From Giardia intestinalis (lineage: Eukaryota), in the NCBI GenBank assembly GCA_000002435.2, contig CM018790.1: a stretch of 64,000 nt of DNA; one strand, given 5' to 3'. Shown here piece by piece: positions 27,576 to 37,147 of the stretch; position 1 is the first letter of the stretch, and every line of letters starts with the position of its first letter. The position numbers were made by a program, and so were the translations under genes. The notes under the pieces are model-generated. The model did no database searches. It had not been told where the DNA came from and was given only the letters and a program-made list of their open reading frames with translations.

Positions 27576-28127
27576 ATGAATCGGAGATATAAGGACAGAC
27601 CCGAGCAAAGAGATGAAGGACCGCTCATTCACATCGGTAAGTTTCTTCATCCCTGTACTAACGACGGTTATAACGTTGCCGTCTTAGAGAGCACCAACAG
27701 AGATCTTGTCCCCAAGTTTAACTCTCCTGTGTATAATGACAAAGGAGCAGACGTTGGAATCATCGACGAGGTCTTTGGCCCCATCACAGGCTACTATTTC
27801 ACAGTAAAGCTCCATCCTAACGTTACTCCCAAGGGTTTCGCTGTTGGCCAGTCTTTTCAGATGCGCGAGGGACGAACAATGCCTCTGAGTCGCTTTACGA
27901 ATCCGCCTCCGCCTCCTCAACGTCAAGCTAAGCAAGGTGGAGCTCAAAAGCGACCCCAAGGAAAGCCAGCTGGGAAGCCGGGTAAACCAAACGATAGAAG
28001 ACGTGATAGTAAGGGGCCTAATCCCTTCAGTTTCACACGAGACGGTGGAAACCCTTCCCGCGACAGGCAAGGGCCGCGGCCTGGTAGCGGGGTTACACGC
28101 AATCGCTTTTCTCATGGTAGAGTGTAA
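27576..28127 (+). CDS. GAR1: H/ACA snoRNP protein GAR1, 183 aa
   Basis: Core VPKFNSPVYNDKGADVGIIDEVFGPITGYYFTVKL matches the Gar1 domain ([24 protein letters not shown]…FSVKL). Gly/Arg/Pro-rich C-terminal GAR tail. Confidence 0.85.
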   Translation: MNRRYKDRPEQRDEGPLIHIGKFLHPCTNDGYNVAVLESTNRDLVPKFNSPVYNDKGADVGIIDEVFGPITGYYFTVKLHPNVTPKGFAVGQSFQMREGRTMPLSRFTNPPPPPQRQAKQGGAQKRPQGKPAGKPGKPNDRRRDSKGPNPFSFTRDGGNPSRDRQGPRPGSGVTRNRFSHGRV

Positions 28128-28139
28128 ATTGCACGTGCT

Positions 28140-29450
28140 CTAGACGGCCTTCACGCTAGAGTGGTATGCCTGACGAGCTGATTCAACTGAATCTTCGCCT
28201 ACAGCGTTCTTGATTGGTGAGAAGTCTGTTGCTCTGTCGCTAATGATGATACCGAACCTCTCCAGCGGACAGAAGTGAAAGATATCAAAGATAAAGTGCT
28301 CTATCTTATAGACAGAGGGGATGGACAGGGTGATATTTGTCTTGTTCTCGTAGTCATAGATGCTTCCGCTTTTTATGGCGATGTGATAGGGCACCACCTC
28401 CACGTCAAGTTTCTCCATGTAACCCGCAACCCTTTCCAGATAGGCCAGCGATAACACATGGTTCATTATGTTGGCGTACTGGGAGGCGTAACTATAATCT
28501 GAAGGAAGTTCAGAGTACTCTAAGACGGACGGAGCTTGGTCAGGTAGCTGCAAATCAAGAAGGTCCCTCGGGACTAGCGGCGCTTGCCACTCTTGTGTGA
28601 TGCTTCGCACTCCAACAATACCCTCCTTCTTTCCAGACTGGCATGGGATTACGCGATTCAAGATGTCAAGAGATCGTAGCTTGGCAAACCCCACAGTCAA
28701 CTCATCGCACAAGGGTATCAGCGGATTGTCAACACCAACTATATGGAGAAACTCTACTCCTCGCGCTGACAGAGTTTTTAGCAGTTTTGCGTTCATCATG
28801 GCACGTAGAAAACCTGCATTCCCATTTGGAGCGGAGAAGACCTCTAGAGGCTTAGCAAGTAGTATCTTCCCATCAGCACTGAATGCTGGATAGTGGTCTT
28901 GGGTGCAGTAAAATATGAGCTCGTTAGGATAGCCAAAGTATGACTTTTCCCTTAGATGATCCTTTGTAGCCTGCTCTGTGGCCGGGGACAAAAGAATAAT
29001 GATTGGTATATTATGCCCCTTGTTGTGAACCCGGCGAATAAGGATTTCTAAGAGGCAGCCAGCACGTTCCCCAAAATTTATAGGGAAGACACCTTTTGGT
29101 ACAGATGCCCCTAACCGCGTTGCTTGGCCTCCTGCCATAATGAGGGCTGCAACCTTCCCTTCTTCAAGAAGCTTCTTTCCAAGATTGAATGCTTCGTCCT
29201 GTACACTCTGCTGTCCCTTATCTGGATATCCACAGATGTTAAGCACACGGCCTCCCAAATCTGGAAGGGGTTTGATGGTCATAGGAGAGCTACTAGTGAG
29301 TTGTGCAAAGTGCAAGGCGGGCTCAAAGCACACATTTTGGGCGCTCTTAAATACAGTGCAGCGATCCTCTGCAGAAAGTGATTGAAGATACTTTTGCAGA
29401 GATGGCTGTACCTCAGGGTTCTTCTTAAGAAACTCCTCCAGGCCTGGCAT
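28140..29450 (-). CDS. UAP1: UDP-N-acetylglucosamine pyrophosphorylase (UAP), 436 aa
   Basis: Nucleotide-binding motif LIMAGGQATRLGASVPKG (UAP1 LLAGGQGTRLGVAYPKG) and colinear similarity across the fold (…SAPNGNAGFLRAMM…, KIEHFIFDIFHF… vs KMEKFVFDIFQF…). Confidence 0.85.
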   Translation of the reverse strand: MPGLEEFLKKNPEVQPSLQKYLQSLSAEDRCTVFKSAQNVCFEPALHFAQLTSSSPMTIKPLPDLGGRVLNICGYPDKGQQSVQDEAFNLGKKLLEEGKVAALIMAGGQATRLGASVPKGVFPINFGERAGCLLEILIRRVHNKGHNIPIIILLSPATEQATKDHLREKSYFGYPNELIFYCTQDHYPAFSADGKILLAKPLEVFSAPNGNAGFLRAMMNAKLLKTLSARGVEFLHIVGVDNPLIPLCDELTVGFAKLRSLDILNRVIPCQSGKKEGIVGVRSITQEWQAPLVPRDLLDLQLPDQAPSVLEYSELPSDYSYASQYANIMNHVLSLAYLERVAGYMEKLDVEVVPYHIAIKSGSIYDYENKTNITLSIPSVYKIEHFIFDIFHFCPLERFGIIISDRATDFSPIKNAVGEDSVESARQAYHSSVKAV

Positions 29451-29858
29451 TTTTTTTCTGCGCTCAGAGGTCTACTGGCCTTGCGAACTCTAGTCTAGCA
29501 TTAGTATTCATTAGCAGTAAAAGAATAGAAAGTATATTGGTGCAAAGAGAGAGCCTCGATACTGGGATGAATAGATGGAAGTGCTGGGAAGGTGCCACAA
29601 AAAGACACCAGTAGCCAGGCTTGCTTTGGCCGTGTGGATGACTGTGACCTAGTTTAGTATCTCTTAGCACCACACCACATATGTGAGCAACGCGAGATAA
29701 ATACGTGGTCTACATCTGCATCTGTTATCCTCAGGAGTGACTTTGTAAAATAGACAAGCAGGTGTTGCAACCGGGACTCCACTTTCTAATTATCAAAACC
29801 TTTTGGGGAGAGATTAATTGGCCTAAGATCGACAATTAATGTACTTTTACTTACCTAA

Positions 29859-30800
29859 TTATAACAGTCTCATAGCCCTTAATACAGAGGCAGCCATGAG
29901 AGTCGGGTAAAATGAGCGGTTGGCTTCAGGTGCATCAGGGGGGTTCTTCAGCTTGAGCTCATCCAGCATCTTTGCATTCTGTGATAAAAACGGATTAGAT
30001 GAAAGAATAAGTCTATTGCCGAGTTGAACCGTGTACCTGAACTCAGGCTGCTCCTTCACAATGCTGAGGGTGAACCGATATTCACTGGGTGACTTCATGT
30101 CAAAGCGCCACCCCGTGATCTGCTCGTAACGCTTCCGCATGTATAAAAGATATGCATAACACTTGGACTTGACCTTTGTGATTTCTTCCTGCCGATGGCG
30201 CGCAACCAGGTCCTTATTTTCTCCACTCTCCTCAGATACTTTAGGAGGACTTATCCCTGAAAGCGCCTTTTCCAGAAGATCTAAAGAGAACTTATCAGCA
30301 GGGGTTCCAGTGACCACCTCCACTATCATTCTTACACTATTCTCAAAACTCTGCAACTCTGCAACACGCTTCTCTAGTCCTTGATTTCTTTTAGATAAAT
30401 AGTCAATGTCAGACAGTTTCTGGCTGGCGTCTACAGTCACCCCGTGGGCTTCCTGAAGTTGCTTTGCCAAATTGTCAATCTCCTGCTGATATCTCTGAAT
30501 AGTCTCTGCTGCCATCTCCAGCTTCTTTTGAAGGCTGGCCCTCTGTTGATTGAGATCATTGATTAGAACCTCGTACCCAGCGGTCCTATTAAGTAGCTCT
30601 TGCATCTGAGAGCGAAGACCTTGGTTTTCTGCTCGTAATTGTTGGACTTCTTCTGCAAAGAAATTCATATTTGGTAAGGCGATCGTGGGCTGAACGTCCG
30701 ACTCCAGTTCATTGATTACTTCAAGTTCATCGCCCTCGTCAATCTTCCCAAGAATAGTATCCAAATCGTTAAGAAAGTCAAAATCTTGCTCGTCAGACAT
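29859..30800 (-). CDS. Coiled-coil protein with Mad1 C-terminal-domain-like tail (spindle-checkpoint Mad1 candidate), 313 aa
   Basis: Long heptad coiled coil, then KSKCYAYLL…ITGWRFDMKSPSEYRFTLSIV…, compared with human MAD1 …[26 protein letters not shown]… (TG[YW]xxD…YR[LF]T). Confidence 0.5.
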   Translation of the reverse strand: MSDEQDFDFLNDLDTILGKIDEGDELEVINELESDVQPTIALPNMNFFAEEVQQLRAENQGLRSQMQELLNRTAGYEVLINDLNQQRASLQKKLEMAAETIQRYQQEIDNLAKQLQEAHGVTVDASQKLSDIDYLSKRNQGLEKRVAELQSFENSVRMIVEVVTGTPADKFSLDLLEKALSGISPPKVSEESGENKDLVARHRQEEITKVKSKCYAYLLYMRKRYEQITGWRFDMKSPSEYRFTLSIVKEQPEFRYTVQLGNRLILSSNPFLSQNAKMLDELKLKNPPDAPEANRSFYPTLMAASVLRAMRLL

Positions 30801-30849
30801 AGGATCTCGAACTCTGATTTTTGGTTTTGGTTTTAATATCAGCTCTCAC

Positions 30850-33800
30850 TTAATCCAGCCCTGTGCCACCGCCCCAGATGTCTCTTAGAAGCCTATCTGC
30901 TGTGCTTAGAACTGCACACGTATCTTGAGTGTCTTGGCATGCGCCCATCTCCTCTACAGTGGACTTTGGTCCAGATGGAGTTGGCTCTTCTGTGACCGCT
31001 GGAGAAGAAATATTAATGGGATTGATACTGTCTGCATCCCTGTTGAGATGCGAAACAGACATATTTGTGGTAGCCTCTTTGTCCTTTGGCTTAAACAGTC
31101 CCATCAGCAGATTGTTTTTGGTCCGTTGCCTTGCTTTCTTGTCGACTGCTTTACTTCTCAATCCATTACTCCCATCTTTACATACTTTCTTTTCACCAGC
31201 ATCTCTTGTTGACACTTTCCCAGCTTCAGTTTTGCTCTTCCGTGACTTAGTCAGCTGAGGCTGTATCTTCACAACCATACAGTCCGCTTGTTTCTTTCTT
31301 CGAGGCAGCTGACTGCCACAAAAGCCCCACCGACGTGGCCTCTCGAGTTCTTCGCCATAGTACTCAACGTTGTTAGCAAGTATCATGTGCTCTTTGAAAT
31401 GCATCTGGGACAGGGCACTTTCCAATTCTGGAACTCTTCTTCTGTCCACTATTTTAGCCTTAAGCTCATCCAGAAGGAGGTCCTGCCGTGCCACATACTT
31501 TTCTGATCTAAGCTTTTGGGCCATAAGGTCCTCCTCCGCCATCATCCACCTATCTTTCAGAAAGGAAATAACATTCTGCAAAACCTGTACATTCATGCTT
31601 GATGTAGCCTCATCGTTCTCCTTACTCAATTGATTAATTGCACCGGTTGCACTCGCTGAAGGCCATCCAGCCTCTCGAAATACATAATGCGTAGAGTAAG
31701 CAACGCATTCTAGAGATTTTCTCGTGCTTAGCTGGTTTTCTAGATGGTGCTTGAGTAGAGCAGTGGCTTGAAGCTCCGGTTGGCATGGAGACCTACAATC
31801 AGCGTTTAATGAATGCTTATCCTCTTCACAACATATGTTTGACAAGAGAAGATTTGGCTTGACAGTAATACTTTCATGCAAAGCATCCACATGAGAGTCA
31901 TTTGCAGATGCACTGGATGGGCTCTTCTCATTCAGATGTAGACAGCTTAGAGGTTCAAAATTAGGAACGCAAATTGGCGACAGAATCTTGTTTGTGTCAC
32001 CAATCCTCAAGGTGTCGTGTAGTGCTTCAGCTATTGAAGTTTCACAGCTTATGTTATCAATCAGGCTGCAGACACTGGGATCAGTAAGCAAGGACATTGC
32101 GGAGAGATAGACGCTATGCTGATATTGTGCATTCTTGCACTTCTCTTCCGTAATAATATTGTATGCATTTTTCTCACGCTCTAGGTCATAAATCTTTTCT
32201 ATGATCTCATCATCATGTACAACGGTAAAGCTGTCCACTGAGTCTGACGAGTAAGTGTCATGATCGGTTGTGCTCCCAGTGCATTCCATACTAGGTTCGG
32301 TTAATTCTGTGTGTTCCGTGTGTTCCGTGTTATCCTCTGCATCACTTGTAGTTGACCCCTCAACACGACTGCTGGTCAGTTCCTGTACCTCTTCAGATCC
32401 CGAGGTTTCAGAGAGAGATGCGCTGATATCAGCTGTACGAGGATTGTGGATAGCTGTCAACTGACGGGGCTTTTTTATCTCGGAAACAATGCTATATGGA
32501 TTTGTGGGCAATTTTGGATATGAGGGGAATATGGGATCACAAGTGGAGTGCTCAGCGGAACGTACACCCTGTCTGGCGAGGACTAAAACCTCTTTGTGGC
32601 AGGGTTTTCTAAGTTCAATTTTACCCGTGCTGGCATTCAGTCTTTCATAATTTTCTGCATTAAGTTCATGATAAGTAGGATGAGTGTGGCTGTGAAAAGT
32701 ACTAGTGTCTAAAGTATCACCGCCCGCACTTGGATGGGATGGATATGTAGCAAGGTTATTGCATATGTCAAAGCCCTCCTGATTGCCTGTTGCTAAAGTA
32801 GGGAAGGGCCGGTTTAAGGGGCCAATGTTCAGTTGGAGATCTGTTAACTGAGCTTCTATACCAGCAATACAGCTCGATTCAGCAAAATTGACTCCGGAAT
32901 GCATATATTTCTCGCTTGCGTCGAGTCTGTTTCCACTTATAGATGCATCATTTGCACAATCATACATCAAAGATGGCGTTGCTGATGGCAGATGGGATTG
33001 ATCTAACAGCATGTATCGATCCAGGCTTGGTCGATAATTAAAATCTGTGCTACATCCGTCCAGTCTGAACATGGACGTACTGGACGAATAGGGACCTTTA
33101 TTAGTTAGTAGTATAGCCGACCCTTGCTCGATAGACGAATAGAACTCATATCCCGTTGACTTTCTACCCTGTACATGAGGATTGTGAAGCAGCCTGTTAT
33201 TTTGAGCAATTACAATAGCGACATCGTCGTGCTCATCCGCTGAGACAGGCACCAAAGCATTGTGGTGTAGCCCCTGAGTATCACTTTGGTCACTTTGCCC
33301 CATATCAACAAATGATACAAGATTTTTGGCTCCAAGTAGCTGTTGCTGCATTTTCTTAATGAGAGGAGTTGTAGACATGCTTAGTGAGATAGACTCAACG
33401 AGAGACCCTTCTGCCATATTATCTACTTGCGACCTTTCGGTAGGTAATGTGGCAGACAATTGAGTGGTTGGGCTCAGCTCTGCCTGGAGCTCATTCAAAA
33501 TTTCTAATGTATGCCGGATTCTTTTAGTGTGGGCTAGCACTTTGGGGCTTTTAAAGTTTTCCAATGACGGAAATGGTGAGATTGCAGAGCCTAGACCAGA
33601 CAAAGTAATAATAGATCCCGATGGATCTCTGTCCGCACGTCCGTTTTCTGAAGGGATAGGCGCCTGTGCTGGTGAGACAGGGTCGATAGTCATAGACTCC
33701 TCGGGCTCAGTAAAGTAGCACGGCGCTGGGGAAAGATCGCGTGGCTCTTTGGGAGATGCCGATTGCGGTTGTATGGTACAGATATCTAGTGACGACACTG

Positions 33801-36800
33801 TCAGGCGAGGGGCACCATTCTCAGTGACTCTGTGCACCTCCATATTTTCAAGCAAATCGGACGATGCAACAGGGAGATCTTGCTGCTGGTATGGACATGT
33901 ATCCAACGGATGGCTCATCAGCATGTCCTGATTTGGGTCTGGGGTCTCTGATGTGTATATGAATGACTCCCTGTCGAGAGCTTTATCAGGTGTTCTGCCT
34001 TCAGAAACTCGGTTATTATCACACTTATTGGAGTAGTAGTACGTCTCACTTGTTGAACTGCAGTAGCTTTCGTTAGCAGAGAAGCTTGGGGTATATTGTC
34101 TCCTTATGGTGGGATCATCTAAGAGAGGAGATTTTAGGGAGTATGATGTCTTTTGGCTATCTACCATAGAAGTGGCACCCTTGAGACTAATCTCGTTAAT
34201 GACCTCCGGATTTATAGGATGCTCGTCGGCCTTGCTTCCAGTGGACAAGTGTTCATTTTCAAAGTCATCAAACGGTGAAGAAGGGCTTTTCAGAGCATGG
34301 TGTACATGCACCCGATAGTCTGGAAACACATTAGAGGACTGCTTTGCTGTAGAAGCCTGTTTGGGAAGTGGAGCTTTGGTGATAGAGGGGAAGGTGCTAG
34401 AAGGAACTGCCGGTGTACATGACTTTGTAAGATCTACAATATGACTAGAATGTCTAGTAGGCTCTCTGACGAAGCTACTGAGTGTGGTATTTGATTGCTG
34501 ATGGGGAGCTTGCCTGCTTGGAGGTGGCCGTTTAACTTGTAACGTATCGTTCAGAGACAAAGAAGCAGATGATTCTGCACGCTCAATAGACGTATTTTTA
34601 TGCATTTCAAAAGATGATAGCTCTGGCGCAATAGGGCAATTCTTGAGATGCGCTTCCGACAGGATCTGTGATGAAACTCTTGTATGAGTCCACACAGATG
34701 TTTTTGATTGTTTCCTTAACGTCCGTGGCTCTTTCGTAACAGATATTGCCGCTAGATCGCCTGAGGTAATCGGTATAGATTTCTTTGTAGAAAACTGAAC
34801 AACTGGTAGTCCTCTTAGCCTCTCCTCATGGGGTTTCTGGCTACCCTGGCTTTGCAGACGATACGCCTCTGTATAGGTAGCACACGTATTATAATTCAAG
34901 AGATCCCCGTCGCTCTCCACTTTCTTACGAGGAAGAGAGTAGAACGATACTGTTTTAGGCGACAGAGAGAGGTTGGTTATAGATAGAAGTGTTGTAGCAA
35001 TGTCCGGGATGTTTTCTCTTACTCTGCTCCTTGTAGTGTGGAAGAGTGAAGAGTGATCTTGTGGAGCTTCTTTAGAACAGAGACTAGACGTAAAAACAGC
35101 ACTTCGCGTGACAGGCACGGTTGCTTCATTAATAACAGAGGAGGAAGGATCGAAGAAGACATGCTTCATAGGTAAGTGATCAGAATATAACGTTTGAGAT
35201 AACTGCTTTCGCACAGAGTAAGCTGACTGTGCTCGTATATCGGATGCAGTACTAGTAGGTAATCTATCTCTTGCTACGCGTGATGCGGTTAAGGAAGTGC
35301 TACTGGTATCTAAAGGACGATACGTCTTGTTAAGGGTCGGCTGTGCAGAATGAGGACGTGCCAAAGATGTACTCATCAGTATTGGTATTGGACGTTGTGG
35401 AAACCTCATTGCAACTACACTTGTACTGGAATCTGGAGACTGTTCAGGAGTAGTAGCAGGTATAGGTCTCTCTGGATGTAAAACTGGACCAGAGACAGGG
35501 TACTCAGTCGTCTGGACTTCAGACAGTTGCCCCTCAACAGTAGTATTGGTCAACACAACAAGTTCCTCGCCCGATGGCTTGCTTGAATGTTGAAGGCTGT
35601 ACGCAGGAGCGTGAATAGTGTGTCCTTGCTGATCTGAAGATTGTGTAGTTAGTTTCTCCACTCGCCTAGCAACTATAAAAGGTTCTGAGGCCGAGGGCAG
35701 TAGTTTTCTAATAGAAGTAACCGTTGTAGCAATAACTGGAGAAACTAACTGCTCATCTTGCTTAACTGTTTGTGATGTAGATGGAGTCCCCATTGTTGTC
35801 GCCATTGTTGTTAGTGTCGGGCTTAACGTAGGAGATATTGAGGCGGTAGCATGAACGAGATCCTCTGTTAGGGTAACACTTGGAGGCTCAGTAGTGGATG
35901 GAGAAACGGAACCGTGTGCTGATAGAGACTTCGAGATGTCTGCAACATAACAATCTGGGGGCTTTGTCATATTGATTGGCTGGAGCTGGGGTTCCAAGGG
36001 ATCAGGGCATGCATACTGCTTTGGTTCTAGTGTGCTGACAAGCCTACTCAGGTGTGTGTTCCTCTGAGCTATCTCTTCCTTTATCTGTTCCTCGGAAAAG
36101 GTAAGATCGCTCATTGTAGATATTGTAGGTGACACTGTGCTGGATAATGAAACAGAGATGCTAGGAGGCTTGTGTAGATCGGTCCTGCTAGTGTGCCTTG
36201 GCATTACATTAGAGAGTACATCTATACTATGTGGGCCCCCGATAGGATCTTCTAGTGTGCTGCTCTCCTTAACATACAAATCGGCTAATTCCACTAGATC
36301 GTCAGGTCCGCTTGGAAGTTGTATCGATTTTGGTGGATGTTCCGTTACGCACCCATCTAAACCAGTATCTAGGCCATACTCCAAATCTAAATTTGAGGCA
36401 GGATAGCTTCCCAGCAGGTCTTTTTCAACCGACGAGAAGACATTCTGATCAAGGCGTGGCATAGGTGCGGGAACAGGTTCTACAAACTGGAGTGTTTCCA
36501 GCTCTGATGGTTCTCCTGGCTGCAATCTCGACTTCGATATCATGTTGCTGAGCTGAAGGTGCTGCACCTCTCGCTGAAGCGCCTCGATCTGCCTTTGCAT
36601 GGCTTCTGTGGGGTCTTGCATGCTCTGTGCCCCAGTGAAAGAAGCTTCTGCTGACGATAGCAATGAACTATTCGGGTAAATGTGAGCACATGCTAGGGGA
36701 TGTGTCACCCGGCTAGACTGTATCCGTGCGGGTTGACTGGATTGTGCATGTCGAGGAAGCGGTGGGACGCTATGGGGATTTGTTGTTACCCTGCTCTGCT

Positions 36801-37056
36801 TGGAATGCGGCCTTGCATGTTTATGCCGTCTACTACTGGACTCTCTACTATTTAAAATGGCCATGTTAATCTCCTGCTCCAATGTAGATGCTTGCTGCAT
36901 CCCATTTTCAACCCGATTCTTACCGCGTACTGACCTGCTCTGGTCTGAACCTATACGATGAGATGAGTGTCGTGTATGTGATGGGGCAGTGGTTAGAATG
37001 AGGTCTTGTATCTGTTTTGTTATAGAGTCTCCAGTCAAATTCGCCCTGTGCGTCAT
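30850..37056 (-). CDS. Very large (about 2068 aa) S/T/P-rich, mostly disordered hypothetical protein
   Basis: The track start 37101 is TTG; the first ATG is 37056 (MTHRANLTG…). The ORF is uninterrupted with low-complexity composition and a basic C-terminal region. No recognisable domain. Confidence 0.6.
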   Translation of the reverse strand: MTHRANLTGDSITKQIQDLILTTAPSHTRHSSHRIGSDQSRSVRGKNRVENGMQQASTLEQEINMAILNSRESSSRRHKHARPHSKQSRVTTNPHSVPPLPRHAQSSQPARIQSSRVTHPLACAHIYPNSSLLSSAEASFTGAQSMQDPTEAMQRQIEALQREVQHLQLSNMISKSRLQPGEPSELETLQFVEPVPAPMPRLDQNVFSSVEKDLLGSYPASNLDLEYGLDTGLDGCVTEHPPKSIQLPSGPDDLVELADLYVKESSTLEDPIGGPHSIDVLSNVMPRHTSRTDLHKPPSISVSLSSTVSPTISTMSDLTFSEEQIKEEIAQRNTHLSRLVSTLEPKQYACPDPLEPQLQPINMTKPPDCYVADISKSLSAHGSVSPSTTEPPSVTLTEDLVHATASISPTLSPTLTTMATTMGTPSTSQTVKQDEQLVSPVIATTVTSIRKLLPSASEPFIVARRVEKLTTQSSDQQGHTIHAPAYSLQHSSKPSGEELVVLTNTTVEGQLSEVQTTEYPVSGPVLHPERPIPATTPEQSPDSSTSVVAMRFPQRPIPILMSTSLARPHSAQPTLNKTYRPLDTSSTSLTASRVARDRLPTSTASDIRAQSAYSVRKQLSQTLYSDHLPMKHVFFDPSSSVINEATVPVTRSAVFTSSLCSKEAPQDHSSLFHTTRSRVRENIPDIATTLLSITNLSLSPKTVSFYSLPRKKVESDGDLLNYNTCATYTEAYRLQSQGSQKPHEERLRGLPVVQFSTKKSIPITSGDLAAISVTKEPRTLRKQSKTSVWTHTRVSSQILSEAHLKNCPIAPELSSFEMHKNTSIERAESSASLSLNDTLQVKRPPPSRQAPHQQSNTTLSSFVREPTRHSSHIVDLTKSCTPAVPSSTFPSITKAPLPKQASTAKQSSNVFPDYRVHVHHALKSPSSPFDDFENEHLSTGSKADEHPINPEVINEISLKGATSMVDSQKTSYSLKSPLLDDPTIRRQYTPSFSANESYCSSTSETYYYSNKCDNNRVSEGRTPDKALDRESFIYTSETPDPNQDMLMSHPLDTCPYQQQDLPVASSDLLENMEVHRVTENGAPRLTVSSLDICTIQPQSASPKEPRDLSPAPCYFTEPEESMTIDPVSPAQAPIPSENGRADRDPSGSIITLSGLGSAISPFPSLENFKSPKVLAHTKRIRHTLEILNELQAELSPTTQLSATLPTERSQVDNMAEGSLVESISLSMSTTPLIKKMQQQLLGAKNLVSFVDMGQSDQSDTQGLHHNALVPVSADEHDDVAIVIAQNNRLLHNPHVQGRKSTGYEFYSSIEQGSAILLTNKGPYSSSTSMFRLDGCSTDFNYRPSLDRYMLLDQSHLPSATPSLMYDCANDASISGNRLDASEKYMHSGVNFAESSCIAGIEAQLTDLQLNIGPLNRPFPTLATGNQEGFDICNNLATYPSHPSAGGDTLDTSTFHSHTHPTYHELNAENYERLNASTGKIELRKPCHKEVLVLARQGVRSAEHSTCDPIFPSYPKLPTNPYSIVSEIKKPRQLTAIHNPRTADISASLSETSGSEEVQELTSSRVEGSTTSDAEDNTEHTEHTELTEPSMECTGSTTDHDTYSSDSVDSFTVVHDDEIIEKIYDLEREKNAYNIITEEKCKNAQYQHSVYLSAMSLLTDPSVCSLIDNISCETSIAEALHDTLRIGDTNKILSPICVPNFEPLSCLHLNEKSPSSASANDSHVDALHESITVKPNLLLSNICCEEDKHSLNADCRSPCQPELQATALLKHHLENQLSTRKSLECVAYSTHYVFREAGWPSASATGAINQLSKENDEATSSMNVQVLQNVISFLKDRWMMAEEDLMAQKLRSEKYVARQDLLLDELKAKIVDRRRVPELESALSQMHFKEHMILANNVEYYGEELERPRRWGFCGSQLPRRKKQADCMVVKIQPQLTKSRKSKTEAGKVSTRDAGEKKVCKDGSNGLRSKAVDKKARQRTKNNLLMGLFKPKDKEATTNMSVSHLNRDADSINPINISSPAVTEEPTPSGPKSTVEEMGACQDTQDTCAVLSTADRLLRDIWGGGTGLD

Positions 37057-37147
37057 TTGAAGGAAGATGACTGGAGGGTCCGAGTAAAATTTAAACTGCA
37101 AGGAAATTTACACTGCCTAGTGCTACACGGATGAATGTAGTAAAGTA

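Noticed and set aside
29451-29858. Searched the UAP upstream region for encystation Myb2-type elements (C[T/A]ACAG) and found none convincing
   Set aside because: Only an A-rich initiator adjacent to the ATG is evident. No regulatory site could be supported from sequence alone.
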